From Epithemia pelagica (taxonomy: Eukaryota; Protista; Bacillariophyta): a stretch of 64,000 nucleotides of DNA. This document shows, one piece after another, positions 23,101 through 32,870 of the stretch. The notes beneath the pieces are model-generated. The model ran no database searches, had not been told where the DNA came from, and saw nothing but the letters and a program-made list of their open reading frames with translations. The stretch lies in the NCBI GenBank assembly GCA_946965045.2, contig OX337230.1, positions 4,092,001 through 4,156,000 on the forward strand. Reading direction: 5' to 3'. A program made the translations under genes and the position numbers. Within the stretch, counting starts at the first letter, position 1, and each line of letters opens with the position of its first letter.

Positions 23101-24538
23101 TGTACACTTGAGCACAATCTTCCACCACGTCCAAGGAATGGGCAGTGGCCATGGATCGCACAGTGGACCAATCGCATTCGGTCACAACCCCAAACACATG
23201 AACGACCACAATGGCCACGGTCCGATCCGTCACACACGCTTCCAGGGCGGCACAATCCACCTGCAATGAGTGTTGTGGAAGTGTCGTTGTCGTGGTCGTT
23301 GTTGTCGTGGTGGAAGTGGCAAAGTCGACCCCGACGGCTTGCAATTGATGATGCTCCAAAATGGCCAACATGCCGGGAACGGTAATGGGAGGTGTGATGA
23401 GGACTTGCGACCCCGGCGGAAATTGACGGGCCACGAGATAGAGATCCCACAAGGATCGCACCGAACGTCCCACCACCATCGATTCCGACTTGGTATTGTC
23501 GTGGTTGTTCTTATTGTTGGAGGAGTCGAGGTGGTTCCAGGCCCGGCCAATATCCTTGGTCAATTGATGCCGCTGGGAAGAACACCCTTGTGGTGACATT
23601 ATTCGTGTCAGACATTGATGGGCCGTCCACGCCAAATCGGCATAGGAAATATCCAATTGTCCTCGCGGAATCAAGCCTCGGCTGGATCTTGTAGTGGTTT
23701 CAAGAGACGATAACGAAACGGGTCCCTTACTGCTCGATGCAAGGGTGGAGGGACCTTTGCCTGTCTCCATCCCAACAGTATTCGTCGGGTCGTCCTTCTG
23801 CTTGTTGGTGATCTTCTTGAACGACTGGATCCGTGTCTCGTCATTCTTCTTGAGCGCGGATCCATTGGTTCCACGGCCCGGATCCATTTCTTGGCGATTC
23901 TTGTTCTTGTTGCTCTGTGATGGGTTACTCCGTTGCAGTTTCTGGTAGTGGAGTCTTAAGGCGTGAACATGGTCCTGGAGGGCCGGCGAGTGCGCCGTGG
24001 CCAAGTCGAGATAGGCTTGCAGGGCAGACTGTCGTGTGTCGTGGCGACAGGCCTTCCAGGCCTGATACTTGGCATGGGCCGTCGGTTGAAACAGGGCTGA
24101 TGGTTGCGGCTGGTCGACCGGACAGGGTCCGACCGTGACATGCTTGTACCATCCATACAAGCGCAATTGATCCGCAATGGAAATGCTGCGGCTGCTGCTG
24201 GAGGACGATGGTGCCTGACTCCGAATCCATTCCGCCACGTGATCAAACATCCACTGCAATCGCGTCTCTTCTTCGTCGTCTTCTTCGTCTTCCTCGTCTT
24301 TGGATCCTTGACTATGTTGGATGGAAGCATTGTCGTCCATATTCGACAGTTCCTGTCCGACTCCAACCGGTTCTGGTTGTTGTGGGTCCCCAGATTGGAT
24401 CGTCGTCGGCTTGCCATTGTCGAACCCTTCCTCGACGACGACGACCGCCGGATTATTCTCTGCGTTGTTAGCGTCGTCATTTTGGACAGTCCTTCCAATG
24501 TGTTGCTCCTCTTGGAAATCATTGATTCCGTTCATCAT
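17173..24538 (-). CDS. Multidomain fusion ACBP - DegT-type PLP aminotransferase - TM - fatty acyl-CoA reductase - DHAP/G3P acyltransferase - alkyl-DHAP synthase (exons 24538-19703 and 19617-17173, ~2426 aa)
   Basis: An 85-nt phase-0 GTCAGT...TTCAG intron (19702-19618) joins the two track ORFs in frame. Motifs: [107 protein letters not shown]. Confidence 0.9.
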
Positions 24539-25018
24539 CCTTGGTTGGCGTCTCCTGCAATCGTCGTCTTTTGTTCGACACCGAAGTCTCTCTCTCGTTT
24601 TCAGGTTTCTTTCGGGGGTGGATAGAGGTGTGTGATTCTCTCTCTATATATATAAATATATCTCTTGCGTTCTGTGTTCTTCTCTCCGGTAGGAGCCATT
24701 CATTGAGAGGTTAGTAGCCTTTTGTGTCATTGCTCTTCAAACGCCATTACCACACATCGTGCGTGGAGGTGCGTGGTTTTGTGTGGTCGACGGAGGAATG
24801 GATATGTCACGCATAGTTTGTGCGACTGCATATTCCACTGTGACGCGCCGGTCGAGAGTCACACATGTTTTGTGCGACACGATCGACGAACTCGTATCTT
24901 TTTTGATGTGTCACTTGGACGGTTTTGTTCCTATGCAGTATACATCCCAGTCCAACGTTCCACGCTGTCTCTCTCTCTCTCTCGATCTCGATCTCGATCT
25001 CATCCTAAATCTCGTCGT

Positions 25019-26650
25019 ATGAATCGCCGCAGTCTCCTTCGCGGTTCGGTGGTCCTGCAGGGCGCCTTGTGTTCGGGCCCATCTCCATCATGGTCCTATT
25101 CTTACTCTCCTACGACGACTGGCAGTAGCAGTCGGACGAGGAGTATTGTCACCCAGACGTTCCACAACCAACCAAATGGCAACAGTCGTGGTACCTCCTT
25201 GTTGTTGTTGTCGTCGTTTGTGGATCCAACCACCACCGCCGTATCCGGTCCATGGCGCAAGCGACCCTGCTTTGTCCAGCATCAGAGGACTATGCATGCC
25301 ATGGTGGCGTGCAGCAGCAGCAGCAAGAGCAACAACAGTCCGCACAGTTGTGCAAGAGGAGCAGGAGTTCAGCGATTCCTAACCTCCTCCTCCAGCAACA
25401 ACGACAAGGACGACACCAACGACGACACGACCTCCAGCGAACAACAACATGCCATGTTTTTGCAACAAATGGAGGATTTGAAAGAAGAACGACAAGCCTT
25501 GTTTGGCTTTACCCAAGACGAACAAGAGAGTTGGATGCAAGCAGCATCCCATGGTCACAAGCATTCCTCGTCCTGGATGGAACAAATTCATCAAGCACGA
25601 CGACAACAAAAAGAAGAAGAAGAAGACAGCTCCGAACCAAATGCACCCTCCGGTGGACCAACCACTGTTGTCGAACCGAACCACAATGACAAACAACAAG
25701 AACAATCCGTCGTCTCTCAGCCCTTTACGCACCTACAGTCCCCAAACACCACCAACACAAGCACCAACCAAGAAGAAGAGTCCTGGTCCATTCACATGGT
25801 TAATGTGGGATCCAAACCTTGCACGGAACGCCTGGCCGTGGCCGAATCGCGCCTCGTCTTTCCCGAACATGCCTGGGAGGCCTTGACCACCACAACCACC
25901 ACAACTACAATGACTACAACCCCCACGGACCTGGTGGGACCCAAGGGACCCATTTTCACGACTGCCAAAGTAGCTGGCATTCTGGCCGCCAAGTACGTGT
26001 GTGTCGTGCGTTGTTTTTGTGTCTTGTGTGTGTGGGTTGTCCATCGTGTGTCGTACAATGGTGGCTCACTCTCTCACACAAATAATGGTCTCTCTCTCTC
26101 TCTCGCTCTCTCTCTCTCTCTGTGTTTCTCGTGTTTTTTACGATACCATGATACTGATGATGATATCTATTATATATACATAGAAAAACCAGTGACTTGA
26201 TTCCTCTCTGTCATCCACTGCCCCTGACCAGTGTGGACATTGCCATTGACTTGGATGCGACAACACGAACCGCCATTGTCCAATGCACGTGTCGTGTCAC
26301 TCACCAAACGGGTACGTACGTGTGTTCTGGTCGTTCCATGTATATTATAGAATACACAGGCGCATACGCCGGTTGTGTTGGTGGTGTGGTTCGTGTAGAG
26401 TTGTCGTCACATTGGTTCTCACTGCAGTGTGTGCGCTGGATTGTTGGGGAAATATATATCCACTATAGGGGTCGAAATGGAAGCCTTGACGGGTGCGACC
26501 GTCACGGCCTTGACCATTTACGACATGTGCAAGGCGATCAGTCACGAGATTGTCTTGACCAGTACGCGATTGCTGAAAAAGTCGGGTGGCAAAACGGACC
26601 ACTCGGACGAACCACGCCACGAATCCCAAGACACCAAACACACAGAGTAG
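25019..26650 (+). CDS. moaC: Cyclic pyranopterin monophosphate synthase (MoaC/MOCS1B/CNX3) with probable mitochondrial presequence (exons 25019-25992, 26184-26311, 26469-26650)
   Basis: [40 protein letters not shown] and TIYDMCKA are restored by two GTACGT...TAG introns. Arg/Ser-rich N-terminus. Confidence 0.93.
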
Positions 26651-27510
26651 CCCGATTTGTCCTGCAGAATCGTTGGTTGTGGGAGAGAGGAAGGAGAGAA
26701 AAAGAGAGCAATGACTGTCGATTCGCCAAGACGGTAGACCAAAAACATCCATTGGGTCGAGAATGCCAGAACTAGAAGGTCCATCCAGTCTATCCTACCA
26801 GTCATGTTTGGAACAGACATGCGCTCTACCAGAGCAGAGATGGAGAACGAGGGACCAGTCTTTCACCACCACTGTTGGTGCACCCTGAACAAACAACCTT
26901 CTCTTCAACCTGAACAAACAACCTTCTCTTCAAAAGAACAAACTGACATACGGCACCAGTAGCTTTCGCTGTAATACTTCGTAGGTAGGTAGGCATTTGG
27001 GGGGGGAGGGACATCGATCATAGGAGTAGTATAGGGGACCCATCTTGGATTTTGGATTGGCACCATAGCGCCATGCAAAATCTCTTGTTTCGAATGGGCG
27101 TTTCTTTTTGTCGTTCATCTCTGCGCAGCGACGACCACACCATATAGAAGGAATATGGATCTATCAACATATGCTCTCTCATAGAAAGTCGTGACAAAAC
27201 CATACGAGAGCTTCCAAAAAGGCGAGAGAGAGAGAGAGAGAGAGAGTTATTAGAGCTATAATATGGTTAGAGGTAGGAAAAGCGTCGGTTCTGCTCAGTC
27301 GCACATGGCGTGGCCTGTCGCGCCTGACGCACGACGACGGATTGGCCATGATGGATGATGGGGAGAAAAATGACTCAGCGCGAGACAATGGCAACATGCC
27401 CTGGACAAAAAGTCAGCGAGATGGATCCATCCTCTCGCACATACGGATGAAGATTCTCATAAAGCGTGCTCCCACATAACTTGTTTCAAAGCCCAGACAA
27501 GTATAGAACC

Positions 27511-28071
27511 ATGACTGTTTTCGCGAGTAAAAGTGCCGTCGTGGCGGCCCTTTGGTGTCTGTTCTTTTCAGTCTCTGCGATCCATGCGTACGCTCCGAAT
27601 CCGGTGATTCAGACGGCCGCACAAGGCATGAATCTGCTGCGACCCATTTTCAAGGCACAAGCGGGTATTCAGGCCACTCTGCTGGGATCGGAGGAAGATC
27701 AAGAAGCGGCCGTGGCCCAACTCCAGGCCGACAAGAAGAAAAAGAACCAGGCTTTGATTTATACCTATGGATGGAGTCCCTTTAGTAGTGAAGCTGTCCA
27801 ACTCTTGGAATCGACCGGCTATGACTTTGTCCAAAAGGAATTGGGTGCCGAATGGTTCTTGTTGGGAGGCCAAGAATCCGCCTTGCGAGTCGAATTGGCC
27901 AAGGAGGTGGAATCGGGTGCCACCAGTCTCCCCAAGGTCTTTATTGGAGGCACGTGCATTGGTGGATGTCGGGAAGTGGGACAATTGGCGCAATCCGGTG
28001 ACTTGGAGACTCTCCTTCGCAAAGCACGGGTACCCAAAAAGAAGACGACGACGGCTAAGAAAACAAAGTAA
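27511..28071 (+). CDS. Glutaredoxin-like protein G1, bipartite plastid-targeting-like N-terminus, no active-site Cys
   Basis: Signal peptide followed by IHA-YAP; IYTYGWSPFSSEA at the CPYC position; SLPKVFIGGTCIGGC Grx signature. Confidence 0.8.
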   Translation: MTVFASKSAVVAALWCLFFSVSAIHAYAPNPVIQTAAQGMNLLRPIFKAQAGIQATLLGSEEDQEAAVAQLQADKKKKNQALIYTYGWSPFSSEAVQLLESTGYDFVQKELGAEWFLLGGQESALRVELAKEVESGATSLPKVFIGGTCIGGCREVGQLAQSGDLETLLRKARVPKKKTTTAKKTK

Positions 28072-28361
28072 GATAGATGGCATTATGGTACCTAGAAGTA
28101 AAACAAATGTTTATACTATTGTGACAGCAGCAGTTTCAAAGTTAGGAGTATTCACATACATCAAAATTCTCAGGTACTACTACGAGTACCCAATTTTGTT
28201 GCTATCAGGTTATACCAGTACTTTGTTGTGCCGCATGGAGCCCAAAAGTCCATCGTCCATTTCCATCGATTCTGATGGAACGAACAGAGACACCCCCTCT
28301 CCGTTCTCCACCACACTTCCACGCGATTTGCTCATAACACGTTCTCCTGTTGGAATGAACG

Positions 28362-29552
28362 ATGGCCATGCCACTGAAAGAGCAAGCATGGCAGTCGGGT
28401 CTTTTCCTTTTGGACGAGACAGCAGAATGGAATGAAACCGATTGGCCTCCTCTTGAGGGAGGATGGCGTTACGATCATGCTACGGTCGTACTGAATCATC
28501 CCGATCAGGACAACGATTCCAACAACAAGGGGCAGACGGTTGTCGTGTTGGGAGGAGTTCAACAAGGTCAAGGCATTGTCAATTCCGTTCTTGTATTGAA
28601 TTTAGCAGAATCCAACATGCACTGGCGACAAGGACCAGCCATGAAAAAGAGACGCCGTGAACATGCCGTTGTTGTGTGCAACGACGGTGTCTACGTGATG
28701 GGAGGATACAACGGAGGATCTTTGGATTGTATCGAACGAATTGATTCCAATGATTTACTACAAGCAGCTTTAACAACAAGCAGCACTCACGAGATCAATT
28801 GGACGACATTGAATTGTCGACTATCAACACAACGAAGAGGATGTTGTGCCGTTGCGGTTCACAATCGATATATTGTTGTAATGGGTGGATGTAACATTCG
28901 TTATTTGTCGTCGGTTGAGATTATTGATACCAGCAATCACACTGTGGTTGAAGGACCATCCATGAACGTTCCACGATTGTGGTATGGAAGTGCGGTCGTT
29001 GGCCACCGCATCTTTATCGTTGGAGGCTATAACAATGACGGCAGACTTGGCTCGGTGGAGTATTTAAACTTTGCAGCGCCAAGTGAGAACGAGGAGACAA
29101 AGGTGGAAACTGCTGCTACAGTGACTTCCTCCTCGTCCTCTTGGACGACTCACTCTGATCTGGTGCTTTCCAAGCCACAACTTTGCTGTACAGTGGTTGC
29201 CGTGGGGTCTTGTCTGGTGGTGGCGGGAGACGATGGAACCATGGAAATCTTGGATACGCACCACAACCGCGTGTGCAATCTCCCATCACTCGAAAATCGC
29301 CGTAGAGGCTGCAGTATGGTGACTGTTGCCAATCAAGTTGCCATTATTGGTGGATTAGAGAATTCGACCTGTTTGACACTGCCACTCATGGACAAGAATT
29401 CGTGGTGCTTTCAACGACTCTGTGAGCAGCAACCAAACGGTTGGTATCAGCAATGGAACGAAATGGGACGTTTCCGAGATGCCACGGTGGCAACCAGTAT
29501 CGACCGTGCTGAATGGAAGGATGACACTTGTGTTTGTTGTTGGTTGTTGTGA
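28362..29552 (+). CDS. Kelch-repeat protein K4 (open frame, 396 aa)
   Basis: Family N-terminus LKEQAWQSG and repeated GG Kelch units. Confidence 0.92.
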   Translation: MAMPLKEQAWQSGLFLLDETAEWNETDWPPLEGGWRYDHATVVLNHPDQDNDSNNKGQTVVVLGGVQQGQGIVNSVLVLNLAESNMHWRQGPAMKKRRREHAVVVCNDGVYVMGGYNGGSLDCIERIDSNDLLQAALTTSSTHEINWTTLNCRLSTQRRGCCAVAVHNRYIVVMGGCNIRYLSSVEIIDTSNHTVVEGPSMNVPRLWYGSAVVGHRIFIVGGYNNDGRLGSVEYLNFAAPSENEETKVETAATVTSSSSSWTTHSDLVLSKPQLCCTVVAVGSCLVVAGDDGTMEILDTHHNRVCNLPSLENRRRGCSMVTVANQVAIIGGLENSTCLTLPLMDKNSWCFQRLCEQQPNGWYQQWNEMGRFRDATVATSIDRAEWKDDTCVCCWLL

Positions 29553-30193
29553 TAGAATTGGGCGTTTGCCAACGAAACTGCAGTGATTGGTTACCCTTAC
29601 GGACGAAGTAACTACTAAAGGATTCGCATAATCTCCAAAGCAAGCAACACTATGTAGTTAAAAGTCAACGGTTCAAGAAGGACAAGGACAGTGCGCCCAT
29701 TCGCTGCGCTAGCTTTGCATCGCATAGTCTACGGCAAACGTTTGTGCGTCTCATTCTTGTCATGAGAAAAGCAAGACCACATCGATTCAAGGATCTGTAG
29801 CAAACGGCCGCACAAGGCATGAATTTGTTGCGGCCCATTTTCAAGGCACAAGCGGGTATTCAGGCGACTCTGTTGGGAACCAGCACGGATCAAGAAGCGG
29901 CCGTGGCCCAACTCCAGGCCGACAAGAAGAAAAAGAATCAGGCTTTGATTTATACCTATGGATGGAGTCCCTTTAGTAGTGAAGCGGTCCAACTCTTGGA
30001 ATCGACCGGCTATGGCTTTGTTCTAAAGGAATTGGGTGCCGAATGGTTCTTGTTGGGAGGCCAAGAGTCGAATTGGCCAAGGAGATGGAATCGGGTGCCA
30101 CGAGTCTCCCCAAGGTCTTTATTGGCGGCACATGCATTGGTGGATGTCGGGAATTGGGACAATTGGCGCAATCCGGTGACTTGGAGACTCTCC

Positions 30194-30925
30194 ACTTAAT
30201 GTAAACAGATATCTAGGTGTTGGTAAAGACACGTGTTAGATATAGGTGAGGTAGTCAATATAGCTCGGGTAGCCAACCTACTGCAGTGAAACGACGATGG
30301 GGCCCTCACCTTCGAATCAGCAACTAGGTCGACTCTCTTTCACAAACAGTTTGGTTACAAACTTTTGGTTTATAAAAAGAGTGAGCTTATTCTAAGATGA
30401 AAAGTGATTTTGGAGCAGGTTTGATCTCCTCGATCCTCTAGGTATGGAACTTGTTCTATTTGTTCCATAGAGCAGTTCTTTTTGTTCTGTGCACTAGTGG
30501 GAGATCTCACCTCTCCTGTTGTATCTTGTTTTGGATCTTTACTCGATGGACTTACCTTTGACACTCTTCAGGTGGCCGGATGGCCTGCCTGAGATCCATT
30601 TGTTTTCTCAATATTGAGAGGAAGATTCGGTATCCGGTGGCTCGCCCGACATGCAAATATATACGGCTGTATAGTGGGCTCGCGGTCTGGCAAGTTTTTA
30701 TGTAAATAATATAGTAGGGCGTAAGTCACGTAAAGTTCCTTAGTTTTGGCGAGCAGCGCGATCAGTACTCTAAAGCAGCTGCTCGATGCGTTGAGGTTCA
30801 ATTGACGTGCGTTGAGGTGCAACGCCTGCTTCTGATCGGCATGTGGCACGTCTGACCGCACGTCACGCATATAGCTAGAGGAAATAGTCTAATGTCTAGA
30901 GAGTCGAGAGCGGTATTCTATAACT
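30194..30925 (-). repeat. 3' LTR of element B
   Basis: Direct repeat of 38510-39241 (offset 8316). Confidence 0.95.
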
Positions 30926-30977
30926 CTCCCTCTCATGGAGTGATTGGTGGAGAATCATGACGTGGTATGATGTCAGC

Positions 30978-32870
30978 TTACCAACCTTGATTTAATTTGC
31001 GGCAGCGCTCAAAGAGCTCTCGATTTTGGCACTTGGTGAGATAGTCTGCCTTTTGATCATTGGTGCCTACCATACTGACCTTTACTCCTCCGGGATGATC
31101 ACCGACATGTTCCCAGAAGAAATGTAGGTAAGTATTAAAATGTTTTGTCCGGGGTGTAAGGCGTTGCTTGGTAGCTAGGTGGAAGGCTCCACTGTTGTCT
31201 TCAAAAACTTCAGAGAATATAGTTGGCTTTTCAAATGGGAGTTCTAGGTTCTCTAGAAGCTCTTCAATGACTCGTCTTGTTGCAATAACACTACGCATTG
31301 CTTGAGACAAAGCATGATATTCCGCTTGAAGTGTGCTTAGAGCTACTGAAGATTGAAGTTGCGATCTCCAAATTAGAGGACATCCACAGAAGGTTAGGAT
31401 GTATCCCGTTCGTGACTTGGCACTAACCGGGTTATCCTGTGGTTCACGACCATGGAGTCCCGCAAAATCAGCGTCTACATAACAATCTAGCTTGAAATCT
31501 TTAGTTGGAGTGAAGATTGTACCTTTGTCCTTGGTTCTTGATAGATAACGAACAATGGTCTTGATGGCTGTTGCATGTGACTTTTTAGGTGCTGAACTGA
31601 ATCTAGCGACTTGACTAACTGCGAAGGCTATATCAGGTCTGGTATTCGTGGATAAATAGAGTAGCATTCCGACTATGGAGCTATAATGCCAGCTTTCTTT
31701 CATGGGCTCACCATCGGGATCGCTGCCGAGACCTAGCTGAGTTGCTGGAGTCCAATTCGGATTGCAGTCGTGTAGTCCCGTGGCATTTATTATCTTGGCA
31801 ATTAACCCCTTCTGGGTCATAGTAATAGACTTATTCTCATTTCGAATAAAGTTGATGCCCAAATAGTCGGTGAAATTGCCTTCTTTCTTAAGTGATAGGC
31901 CTTTCTTCTGTAGTTGTTCGATTAAATCATCAATAAGTTTCATATCAGGGGCACAAACGCCACAGTCGTCAACCCATAGAAAAATGATGATGTTGGACTT
32001 GTAAAGAAGACATTCGTCATGCTTACTTGATTTGAAGCCGTCTTCCTTAAGCGCTTGTACTAGATGGATATACCACAATCTAGGTGCAGAAGACAGGCCA
32101 TATAGACTTTTGATGAGTCTTAGGCAGGTCGTTCCGGGCTTACTAGATCGAAATCCTCTAGGTAGATGAATCCATACAGGTTCATCTAAGGTAGCCTGTA
32201 CAAATGCGTTGTTGAAATCGATACACGCAAGTTCCCAACCCAAGATTAAACTAAGGGTGAGCACAATACGGATAGTACTCCAGTGAACCACTGGACTATA
32301 GTTCTCTTGTTCCGTTTCTTGTAGGTCTCCTCTAACACAATATCGAGCCTTATGCTTGATAATATCTCCGTCTGGAGATCGCTTGCGTTTGAATACCCAT
32401 GTCCCAGGTAAAATTCGTGTATTAGCCTGGGATTGAGGGACTTCTTCCCAAGTTCCTTTCTCCTCTAGTTCGGTTATTTCCTTGCTAGCTGCCGCTTTCC
32501 ATTTCTCTATGTCTGTATCTCGCATAGCCTCATCGTAAGAGAGGGTGTCGGGATCAGAGAGAGAAGCTTTGTGAACTGTTAAAAGGTCACTAGGCTCATG
32601 AGATGGTGGCATTAGAGAAGGGAGGTTTGCTAGATTGCCTTCTTCAACTAAGCGGGTAGGTCGTTTAATAGTCCTAGCAGATCTCCTAGTTGGAAGGATC
32701 GTCGGTTGGACTGCACGTGGAGGCGGTCGCGGTGGTAATCTAGCTGGAGAAGGAGAAGGGTTGTGAAGAGGGGACTCCCTCTGAGACGGCGACTCTCGAA
32801 GAAATGGTAACCTTGTGGGGTGACAGATGGGGAGAAGGCGAACGAGGGGTACTTGGAGCTGTAGATTCAA
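30978..32870 (-). CDS. RT-RNase H part of element B pol (frame-shifted from the integrase part)
   Basis: KARYCVRGD, IDFNNAFVQA, KSLYGL, FLWVDD, YVDADFAG, STLQAEY, FEDNSGA, TKHF, ADYLTK. Confidence 0.92.
   Translation of the reverse strand: MNLQLQVPLVRLLPICHPTRLPFLRESPSQRESPLHNPSPSPARLPPRPPPRAVQPTILPTRRSARTIKRPTRLVEEGNLANLPSLMPPSHEPSDLLTVHKASLSDPDTLSYDEAMRDTDIEKWKAAASKEITELEEKGTWEEVPQSQANTRILPGTWVFKRKRSPDGDIIKHKARYCVRGDLQETEQENYSPVVHWSTIRIVLTLSLILGWELACIDFNNAFVQATLDEPVWIHLPRGFRSSKPGTTCLRLIKSLYGLSSAPRLWYIHLVQALKEDGFKSSKHDECLLYKSNIIIFLWVDDCGVCAPDMKLIDDLIEQLQKKGLSLKKEGNFTDYLGINFIRNENKSITMTQKGLIAKIINATGLHDCNPNWTPATQLGLGSDPDGEPMKESWHYSSIVGMLLYLSTNTRPDIAFAVSQVARFSSAPKKSHATAIKTIVRYLSRTKDKGTIFTPTKDFKLDCYVDADFAGLHGREPQDNPVSAKSRTGYILTFCGCPLIWRSQLQSSVALSTLQAEYHALSQAMRSVIATRRVIEELLENLELPFEKPTIFSEVFEDNSGAFHLATKQRLTPRTKHFNTYLHFFWEHVGDHPGGVKVSMVGTNDQKADYLTKCQNRELFERCRKLNQGW

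Noticed and set aside
26986-27060. G-rich tract (GTAGGTAGGTAGGC..GGGGGGGAGGGG) as a transposon end or G-quadruplex
   Set aside because: No partner end, TSD or second copy was found in the window.
24965-27246. (TC)n and (GA)n tracts near 24965, 26090 and 27225
   Set aside because: Simple microsatellites in UTR, intron or intergenic DNA.
30218-30240. TGTTGG / TGTTAG inside the element B LTR as a canonical terminus
   Set aside because: The direct repeat extends 24 bp further out, and the TSD matches only at 30193/39242.
30370-30870. 64-aa and 100-aa ORFs duplicated at 38686-39186
   Set aside because: They lie within the LTRs and are identical only because the LTRs are. They have no ATG start or recognisable domain.
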